Positions 44,781 through 51,531 of a DNA stretch of 51,531 nt are shown here, piece after piece (position 1 is the first letter of the stretch; each line of letters begins with the position of its first letter). Both the position numbers and the translations under genes were made by a program. A model generated the notes under the pieces. The model was given only the letters and a program-made list of their open reading frames with translations, had not been told where the DNA came from and ran no database searches. Origin of the DNA: Myxococcales bacterium. Lineage in GTDB: Bacteria; Myxococcota_A; Polyangia; Fen-1088. The stretch lies in assembly GCA_003158395.1 (NCBI GenBank), contig PMIX01000238.1, positions 1 to 51,531 of the forward strand, given 5' to 3'.

Positions 44781-47246
44781 ATGACAGGAAACCGTCTTTC
44801 TCGATTGGCAATCTGTCTTTCTGTTGGTTTCAGTTTGGCGGCATGTACGGGCGCTCGCGGCCCAACCGGGCCTGCGGGCGAAGCGGGTCCACCGGGACCT
44901 CCAGGCCCTCCAGGCGAAGCTGGTCCTCCCGGACCTCGAGGCCCCGGGATTGATGCCTCATCTGCCGGAGATGGGCCAATCGGCAAGCCTCCGACCGTGA
45001 CGATCGCTGGCTCCACGCAGACTGCTGGGTTTGGCGCACCGGTCACCCTAGTTGGCGCCGCAACCGACCCCGACTCGGACGTCAGCACGCTCACGTACAC
45101 GTGGGTCCAAACTGGTGGCCCCACGGCGACTTTGACCGGAGCCGGCAGCAAGACTCTGAGCTTCACCACACAAGCCCTGGCCGATGCAAAAACCCCTGTG
45201 ATGGCCCAGCTTCACTTCGGCGTGCTTCCCGTCAGCCCGGACGAAGCCGGAAATTACTCCTTTGAATTGGATGTCACTGATCCACAAGGCAACGTGGGCA
45301 AGGCCACGGCTACGGTCCGCTCGAACCCGCCCACCGCGGGACTACAGAATGTTCCCGTCGGCATCCGCCAGTTTCTGATGGGTGACGGTGGAACTCAGAC
45401 GACTTGGAACTGGAGTCTGGACGCAACGGGGGCGACTGGCTCAAATGCCACCCTGGCGAGCGCTACCACGCAGTTTCCCAGCTTCATCCCTGATGTCGTG
45501 GGCAGCTACACCCTGACCGAGGCGGTGTCAACCAAGACGCTCACCATCGTCGCGGGCAATTGGCGTGGCATGATGACCGACTACGCGACAAACTGCCAGA
45601 CCTGTCACAACGACACGATCGCTCCGGATGTGTTCACGCCGTGGTCCAAGACGGCTCACGGGATCGCCGTACAGCACAAGCTCGACGGGACCTACTCCGA
45701 TGGGGTGACGCCGCTGACCTACTTTCCGCGCTCCTGCATGGAATGCCACACCGTGGGCGACTCGCCGGCAGCGGTCAACAACGGCTTCGATGACGTCGAA
45801 AAGACCAGCGGCTGGACCATGCCCACCAAGCTGCAGCCAGGCAACTGGGAGAACCTGCTGACGAACTACCCCGATCTGGCCAAGTTGGCCGGCATCCAGT
45901 GCGAAAACTGCCACGGTCCGCAAGACGGCGCGATCGGGCACCTCTCGACCGCGCACACTACGTCCAGCCACACGACCCCCGACAAGTGGACGCGCGTGTC
46001 GTTCTCCGAGGGTGTTTGCGCCTCCTGCCACCAGGACGCAAGCCACCACTACAAGCCGAGCCAATGGGCGACGTCCGCCCACGCCCAGCGCGACCTCGTC
46101 TCCAACGCCACCTTTGAGTCCCGTGGGACCACGGCGGCCCACTGCGGCCGGTGCCATTCGGCCCAAGGCTTTGCTGCGTACTCAGCCCAGCTGGCTGCGG
46201 GAGACGCGGGCCTGCTGCACAAGCCCGATGGCAGCGCGGCCGACGAGGCCTATCTGCGCGGGCTAGGCCTGCAGTCTTCCACCGTCGAGGCGATCACCTG
46301 CGCGGCCTGCCACGATCCGCACGATGCCAAGAACCCCGGCCAGCTTCGTTTGGGCGGAGACCTCAAGGCGTTGCCCAACGGCCTAACCAACATCTCCGAC
46401 GCGGGCAAGGGTGCCACCTGCATGGCCTGTCACAATACCCGGAACGCTGAACACGATGACTTCGTCGCTGCGGCCACCGATTTCTCGGGCCCACACACGC
46501 CTTCGCAAACCGACCTGCTCTACGGGTTCAACGCGTACTTCATGCCGCGTCTCAATCCATCCCCCCACCTATCAGTGACCGATACCTGCGCGGGCTGTCA
46601 CGTGGCCGTACCCACTGCCACCGAGAAGGCCGCGGGACAAACCGACAACCACAACTTCGCCACCGACGACACCGTCTGCGCCTCTTGCCACTCGTCGTCG
46701 ACCAACGGAGAGGCTCTGCTGGCTGCCAACAACGCGCAACTTGGCGAACTGAGTGCCGCGATCGGAACAAAGGCCCTGGCCATCATCGATGCCCTGTACA
46801 CCGCCGGAAACACACTTTCTGTGCGGGCATACCGACAGCTGACCGATCAGTACAGCTCCGCGGCTGCCACCACAGCCAACGTTCTCTTGTCCACCGCACC
46901 CACCGCGGTCGTCCTCCGTTCCGCCATCCACGGGACGACTTCCTTCACCCTAACTCTGGCCGCGCCAGTGGACGTCACTTGGGTAGCGACAGCGTCCGCC
47001 CCCGCCAGTACCGAGACCTTGGCGCAGATCGACTGCCAGATCAGCGGCATCACCATCACAGGCCAGAGCGCGCCGCCTGTGCCGCCCGCCTTGACAGGCG
47101 CACCGGTGCCCGCCATCGCGACGAATTCGGTGGTGGCCAAGGCGAGCTGGAACCTGCAATTGCTCAGCAACGACGGCTCGAGAGGCTTGCACAATCCTGA
47201 CTTCTTCCAAGACGTGATTGTCAACACCCTGGAAGCCCTGCAATAG
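44781..47246 (+). CDS. Lipoprotein 9-heme c-type cytochrome with N-terminal collagen-like triple-helix repeat and PKD/Ig-like domains
   Basis: GGAGG lies 10 nt upstream of ATG 44781. Lipobox GFSLAAC, then (Gly-X-Y)11. PKD-like segments follow (VTLVGAATDPDSDVSTLTYTWVQTGGP; YSFELDVTDPQGNVGKATATV). Nine CXXCH motifs: CQTCH, CMECH, CENCH, CASCH, CGRCH, CAACH, CMACH, CAGCH, CASCH. Confidence 0.85.
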   Translation: MTGNRLSRLAICLSVGFSLAACTGARGPTGPAGEAGPPGPPGPPGEAGPPGPRGPGIDASSAGDGPIGKPPTVTIAGSTQTAGFGAPVTLVGAATDPDSDVSTLTYTWVQTGGPTATLTGAGSKTLSFTTQALADAKTPVMAQLHFGVLPVSPDEAGNYSFELDVTDPQGNVGKATATVRSNPPTAGLQNVPVGIRQFLMGDGGTQTTWNWSLDATGATGSNATLASATTQFPSFIPDVVGSYTLTEAVSTKTLTIVAGNWRGMMTDYATNCQTCHNDTIAPDVFTPWSKTAHGIAVQHKLDGTYSDGVTPLTYFPRSCMECHTVGDSPAAVNNGFDDVEKTSGWTMPTKLQPGNWENLLTNYPDLAKLAGIQCENCHGPQDGAIGHLSTAHTTSSHTTPDKWTRVSFSEGVCASCHQDASHHYKPSQWATSAHAQRDLVSNATFESRGTTAAHCGRCHSAQGFAAYSAQLAAGDAGLLHKPDGSAADEAYLRGLGLQSSTVEAITCAACHDPHDAKNPGQLRLGGDLKALPNGLTNISDAGKGATCMACHNTRNAEHDDFVAAATDFSGPHTPSQTDLLYGFNAYFMPRLNPSPHLSVTDTCAGCHVAVPTATEKAAGQTDNHNFATDDTVCASCHSSSTNGEALLAANNAQLGELSAAIGTKALAIIDALYTAGNTLSVRAYRQLTDQYSSAAATTANVLLSTAPTAVVLRSAIHGTTSFTLTLAAPVDVTWVATASAPASTETLAQIDCQISGITITGQSAPPVPPALTGAPVPAIATNSVVAKASWNLQLLSNDGSRGLHNPDFFQDVIVNTLEALQ
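44850..44948 (+). repeat. Collagen-like Gly-X-Y repeat, 11 uninterrupted triplets (coding)
   Basis: GAR GPT GPA GEA GPP GPP GPP GEA GPP GPR GPG, read directly from 44850-44948. It begins 2 residues after the lipobox Cys. Confidence 0.9.
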
Positions 47247-47381
47247 GTATTCGGGGCTCGTGTCGAAAACATAGGGCCACAAGTTCCTCAGCCTCCCCGG
47301 TCGCGGCAAGCTATGCTTGCAGGGACGGCCGGGGCCGCCAGAACCGCGAAGAACAGCCAATCTGGGACATTTGAAGAGGCC

Positions 47382-48887
47382 ATGCCGGTGCTGCCCAAGT
47401 CGCTTTCTCCCACCATCGCCAGACTGGCCAACTACGCGAGAAATCCGCTCACGGTCCTCGGCTTTGGACTGACGACGCTGTCAGGGCTCGCCTTGATCGT
47501 CTTCCTCGCGCTCGAGGTGGGGGGCCAGGTCGACAATCCGTACACCGGGGTGTTCGGCTCAGCCTTTCTGCCCTTGCTCTTCGTGGGCGGGCTGCTGCTC
47601 ATGCCAATCGGCATCCTTCGGCGACGCCAGGCGTTCATGAGCAGCGGTCAGTCACCCGACGCCATCACGACCTACCCGAAGCTGGATTTCAACGATCCGC
47701 ACCTGCGACGTGTGGCCCTGGTCATCGCCGCGCTCACCGTGATCAACGTCGTGGTACTCGCGACAAGCTCGGTCGTGGGGCTGAATTTCATGGACACACC
47801 GAAGTTCTGCGGAACCGTGTGCCACAGGGTCATGCGGCCGGAATACACGGCCTACCAGAATTCACCGCACGCGCGGGTCAAGTGCGTTCAATGCCACATC
47901 GGACCGGGCGCCTCCTGGGCGGTCCGTTCCAAGTTCGATGGCCTACGCCAGGTGTGGAAGGTGATGACCGGGACCTATGCCCACCCCATTCCCTCGCCCG
48001 TGCACACGCTCCGCCCGGCGCGCGACACCTGCGAAAGCTGCCACTGGCCAGCCAAGCACTACGGCGACAAGCTGCGCGTTGTTGGCCGCTTTGCCGAGGA
48101 CGACAAAAACAGCGCCAGCTTCACCGCGCTGTTGCTCAGGACTGGCGGCGGCGCCTTTGGGGCTGGCCAGCCTCACGGCGGGATCCACTGGTGGCACATC
48201 TACGCCGACAATCGCATCCGCTACTTGGCCACGGACCAACGCCGGCAAGAGATCGCCTGGGTCGAGCTGACCACTCCCGACGGAATGAAGACGGAGTTCA
48301 CGCGCGAGGGCGCGAACCTCCCGCCTCCGGACAGCATCCAAAGATCAGCGCGCGTGATGGACTGCATCGACTGCCACAATCGGCCGACTCACCTGTTTGA
48401 GACCCCGGCCAAGGCCGTTGACAGTGTCCTGCAGCGGCAGGCGGATCTGCGATCCCTGCCGTTCCTCAAGCGGGAGACGGTCAAGGCGGTCTCGGCGGTC
48501 TACCCCAGCCACGACGAGGGCATGGCCGCAGTCCGCCAGAGTGTGACCGCCTTCTACCGCAAATCCTATCCGGAGATCGCTGCACGCGACGGCAAGCTGG
48601 TTTCGCGGGCTGCGGACGAGGCAGCTGGGGTGTACGATCGTACGGTGTTCCCCGAGATGAACACCAATTCCAAGACCCACCCCAACAACATCGGACACGA
48701 CGACTCGCCGGGCTGCTTCCGCTGCCACGACGGCAGCATGAAAGCGTCCAAGGGCGACCAGGTCATTCCCAATGATTGCGACACCTGCCATGCCATTCTG
48801 GTCGACGGCAGCCCCAGCGAGCCTGACCTCAGCCAGCTCGTGCTGGCGCCGCCCGTGGTTCCTGCCCCCTCGGAGGCCAAGCCGTGA
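47382..48887 (+). CDS. Membrane-anchored multiheme cytochrome, NapC/NirT-like (candidate quinol dehydrogenase)
   Basis: GAAGAGG SD, ATG 47382. Three predicted TM helices (LTVLGFGLTTLSGLALIVFLAL; FLPLLFVGGLLLMPIGIL; VALVIAALTVINVVVLATSSVV). Then FCGTVCHRVMRPEYTAYQNSPHARVKCVQCH, a NapC/NirT-like pattern. Five CXXCH motifs plus one CX3CH. Confidence 0.8.
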   Translation: MPVLPKSLSPTIARLANYARNPLTVLGFGLTTLSGLALIVFLALEVGGQVDNPYTGVFGSAFLPLLFVGGLLLMPIGILRRRQAFMSSGQSPDAITTYPKLDFNDPHLRRVALVIAALTVINVVVLATSSVVGLNFMDTPKFCGTVCHRVMRPEYTAYQNSPHARVKCVQCHIGPGASWAVRSKFDGLRQVWKVMTGTYAHPIPSPVHTLRPARDTCESCHWPAKHYGDKLRVVGRFAEDDKNSASFTALLLRTGGGAFGAGQPHGGIHWWHIYADNRIRYLATDQRRQEIAWVELTTPDGMKTEFTREGANLPPPDSIQRSARVMDCIDCHNRPTHLFETPAKAVDSVLQRQADLRSLPFLKRETVKAVSAVYPSHDEGMAAVRQSVTAFYRKSYPEIAARDGKLVSRAADEAAGVYDRTVFPEMNTNSKTHPNNIGHDDSPGCFRCHDGSMKASKGDQVIPNDCDTCHAILVDGSPSEPDLSQLVLAPPVVPAPSEAKP

Positions 48888-50170
48888 GATATCTCGGCAT
48901 GGTCGGTCTGACCGTGCGCCGAGGACAGCAGGAAGGGCTGGCGAAATACACTTTCAGTCCGCAGGAGCGTGAGGTCCAGGCCAAGGCCCTTCACCAGGCC
49001 TGCGACTTCCTCGAAAGCGTGTACCTGGCCACCTGCAATCGGGTCGAGGTGATCTTCTTGTGCCGCCGGGGCACCCCAGTTTCCGAGTATCGCAGGCGCA
49101 TCCACGGGTTCTTCGCAGCGCGCAGCCAAGCCGGAACGGCCAAGGAGCCGACGGCGCGGATCGCAGCCCAGGGCCTGCACGCCTACGAGAAGGATGGCGC
49201 GGCCGAACACCTTTTCTGCGTGGCCGCGGGTCTCGACTCGCTCAACCCTGGCGATTCCCAGATTCTGGGCCAGGTCAAGGATGCGTTGCAGGTGGCGCAG
49301 CGGCTGGGGTTGGCCGGCCCGCACCTGCAGCTAGTCTTTGAAGAAGCCTTCCAGGCGGCCAAACGCGTGCGCAGCAAGACCAGCCTCGGGGCCAGGCCGG
49401 TATCCATGGTTTCGCTGGCCTTCAACCTCATCGACGCACGGACCAAGGGGCCCGCCACGGTGGCGCTCATCGGAGCGGGCGAGATGACACGCCAATGTGG
49501 CGAGCATTTGCGCGGCCGGGCCGAGTGCAACCTTCTCTTCGTCAACCGCACGGTGAGCAAGGTGGTCGAGCTCGCCGCCTCCTGTGGCGGCCGCGCCTTG
49601 GCCCTGGATGCTTTTCTGGCAGCGCCCGGGCATGTGGAGGTCATCGTGACCGCCACCTCGGCGCGCGAGCCTCTCCTCGGACGCGCGTTCTTTGCAGCCC
49701 TGCAGGGCTCGGCGCCGGTGGTGATTGATCTGGCCGTACCCCGCGACACCGACGTGCAGGCCGCCGCGGCCGCAGGAGTTCAGTTGTTCGACATCGACCA
49801 CCTGAAGGCCGAGGCTGAACACAACCGGCGGGCGCGCGAGGCCGAGATCGCCGAGGCTCGGATCATCATCGACGAAGCCCTCGAGGCGCTCCGCCGGCGG
49901 GTGTTCGAGCGCGACATCAGTCCCATTGTGCGCGACTTGCGCAGCCAGGGCCAGGCGGCGGCCGACGAGTTGCTCAAGCAGCTTTTCGACAACGGCCTTG
50001 CCAAGCTGGACGAGGTGCATCGCGACCACATCCGGCGTTTCGGCCAGCAGGTCGTCAATCGACTTCTGCACCTGCCGACCGTGGGGCTGAAGCGTCTGGC
50101 GCAGGACCACGGCATGGAAGCGGTAGAGGCTTTCTTGCAGGGCGTGCGTGACGACCACCACGGGCAGTAG
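48884..50170 (+). CDS. hemA: Glutamyl-tRNA reductase
   Basis: Active-site region VYLATCNRVEVIF, SLNPGDSQILGQVK, and NADPH site ALIGAGEMT. The GTG 48884 start overlaps the upstream stop (GTGA). Alternative ATG at 48899. Confidence 0.9.
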   Translation: MRYLGMVGLTVRRGQQEGLAKYTFSPQEREVQAKALHQACDFLESVYLATCNRVEVIFLCRRGTPVSEYRRRIHGFFAARSQAGTAKEPTARIAAQGLHAYEKDGAAEHLFCVAAGLDSLNPGDSQILGQVKDALQVAQRLGLAGPHLQLVFEEAFQAAKRVRSKTSLGARPVSMVSLAFNLIDARTKGPATVALIGAGEMTRQCGEHLRGRAECNLLFVNRTVSKVVELAASCGGRALALDAFLAAPGHVEVIVTATSAREPLLGRAFFAALQGSAPVVIDLAVPRDTDVQAAAAAGVQLFDIDHLKAEAEHNRRAREAEIAEARIIIDEALEALRRRVFERDISPIVRDLRSQGQAAADELLKQLFDNGLAKLDEVHRDHIRRFGQQVVNRLLHLPTVGLKRLAQDHGMEAVEAFLQGVRDDHHGQ

Positions 50171-50183
50171 TATTCCGCCCAAC

Positions 50184-51374
50184 ATGAAACTGCCTTCTCT
50201 CTGGCGTGCGCCAGCCGGGTCCGTGCGGTCCCGCTCCCGGCTGCTTGTCATTGGCGTTCTGGCCATCGTCGCATTCACCGTCGCGCTGCTCGGGTGGTGG
50301 GTTCTCTTCCACCTCCGCTATTCGGCCCAGGAGATTCACGCCACCGCCCAGCACCTGCACGCCGATCGCCAGTCCGCAGAACAGGCGCTCCTCGCCCTTT
50401 CGCATCGACAGGCTCTGGGGCCCGGTGGCCCAGCCGAGTTTCTCCGGCTTGCCTATCCCCAGCTCGATTGGCAGCCCGGCGTGCGTCCTGGGCAGGAGCT
50501 GGTGCCCGGCTTCCCTGGCTACGGGGTCACCATTCGACCGGGTCGAGTCGAGCATCTCCAGGCTCAGCGACGGGCCAGCATCCGTATGTTCGCGGCCGAG
50601 GGCACGACCTTCCTTTGTATTCTGGTCGCGGGAACCGCGCTCATCCTGCGCTCCGTACGGCGTGAGATGGAACTCATGCGCCAGCAAGCCAACTTCCTCT
50701 CAGCGGTCACCCACGAACTGAAATCCCCCCTCGCCTCCATTCGGCTCTTCATAGAAACCTTAGAACTGCGGGATCCGCCGCCCGAAAAGCGCGTGCGTTT
50801 TCTCGCCAACATGCGCGCCGACGTCGATCGCCTGGAGGGCCTGGTCAACAACATCCTCGCGGTAGCCCGGCTCGACAGTGGCCACTTCGTGGTGCATGTG
50901 GACCGGGGCGATCTGGGCCGTGACGTCGCGCAGGTGGTCGCAGCCCTTGGCAAAGACCCGTCGCAACGTCCCCTGACCGTCGAGCTCGCTTTGCCGGACG
51001 AGCCCCTGCACGCGCGCTATGACATGGGCGTGCTCAAGACCGTGCTGCGCAATCTCCTGGACAACGCCGCGAAGTACGGCGGCGCTGACAAGCCGGTACG
51101 CGTGGCCGTCTCGCGGCAGGGGTTGTGGGCCGCCGTCGAAGTCCGTGACCAGGGCATCGGCCTGGCCGCGGAGGAGTACGAGAAGATCTTCCAGAAATTC
51201 TATCGCGTAGGTGAAGAAATGGTGCGCCAGACAGAAGGCAGTGGCCTTGGCCTCTACCTGGCGCGCGAACTAGTACGCCAGGTGGGCGGCACCCTCACGG
51301 CCGAAAGCCCGGGCTTGGGGAGAGGCACCACCTTCCGGGTTACCCTGCCCCTCGACCGCGAGCAATCGGCATGA
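50184..51374 (+). CDS. Sensor histidine kinase (two TM, HisKA, HATPase)
   Basis: H-box SAVTHELKSPLASI, N-box LLDNAAKYG, G-boxes DQGIGL / GSGLGLYL. ATG 50184 lies 14 nt after the hemA stop. Confidence 0.85.
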   Translation: MKLPSLWRAPAGSVRSRSRLLVIGVLAIVAFTVALLGWWVLFHLRYSAQEIHATAQHLHADRQSAEQALLALSHRQALGPGGPAEFLRLAYPQLDWQPGVRPGQELVPGFPGYGVTIRPGRVEHLQAQRRASIRMFAAEGTTFLCILVAGTALILRSVRREMELMRQQANFLSAVTHELKSPLASIRLFIETLELRDPPPEKRVRFLANMRADVDRLEGLVNNILAVARLDSGHFVVHVDRGDLGRDVAQVVAALGKDPSQRPLTVELALPDEPLHARYDMGVLKTVLRNLLDNAAKYGGADKPVRVAVSRQGLWAAVEVRDQGIGLAAEEYEKIFQKFYRVGEEMVRQTEGSGLGLYLARELVRQVGGTLTAESPGLGRGTTFRVTLPLDREQSA

Positions 51375-51531
51375 GCGTGCGCATCCTGGTGGTCGAGGAC
51401 GAGCAGCACCTGGCCGAAGGCATCAGCGAAAACCTGCAGCAGGAAGGCTACGCCGTGGAAACCGTGGGTGACGGTGAAAGCGCTCTCCTGCGCTGGCGGT
51501 CGGGTGGCATCGACCTCATGGTCCTCGATGT
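51371..51531 (+). CDS. Response regulator receiver domain (partial, runs off the right edge)
   Basis: ATGA overlap with the kinase stop. MSVRILVVEDEQHLAEGISENLQQEGYAVETVGDGESALL...IDLMVLD is a typical REC N-terminus. Confidence 0.8.
   Translation, partial: MSVRILVVEDEQHLAEGISENLQQEGYAVETVGDGESALLRWRSGGIDLMVLD

Noticed and set aside
47304-47321. CGGCAAGCTATGCTTGCA between the two + strand cytochrome genes, which looks like a sigma-54 -24/-12 promoter (GGCA...TTGCA)
   Set aside because: The GG-to-GC spacing is 12 nt (or 8 nt to the alternative GC), not the required 10. It is better described as a perfect 6-bp hairpin (GCAAGC-tat-GCTTGC) of unknown role.

Overview
This is a 51.5-kb, high-GC bacterial chromosomal segment. 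The gene style suggests a Myxococcota/Deltaproteobacteria-type organism: sigma-54 activator, TonB-like proteins, lipoproteins with Gly/Ser/Thr-rich linkers, and many multiheme cytochromes. That taxonomic placement is inference only. I can support about 40 genes. Housekeeping genes are ttcA, lon, ygiQ, tgt-queA, era-der, a yfgM-like gene with bamB, metX-metW and hemA. Accessory content includes: (i) a cobalamin riboswitch in front of a TonB-dependent receptor / lipoprotein / ABC-importer operon; (ii) secreted lipoproteins, one with a GH45-like domain that looks circularly permuted; (iii) a tRNA-Arg(CCT) locus with an integrase remnant and a 30-bp duplication of the tRNA 3' end; (iv) a three-copy intergenic repeat family ending in a perfect hairpin. 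The main hunt result is the 34.9-50.2 kb region. It holds a translationally coupled cytochrome / beta-barrel / cytochrome operon (porin-cytochrome-like), a sigma-54 two-component system and a DUF2723 membrane protein. It also holds a 9-heme lipoprotein cytochrome with an N-terminal collagen-like (Gly-X-Y)11 stalk, and a membrane-anchored NapC/NirT-like cytochrome whose stop overlaps hemA. Together these four cytochromes carry about 40 heme-binding motifs and look like a candidate extracellular electron-transfer system with unusual parts. Many long ORFs in the supplied track are antisense shadows or 5' over-extensions typical of high-GC DNA and were rejected. All family assignments come from motif recognition by eye; no searches were run.
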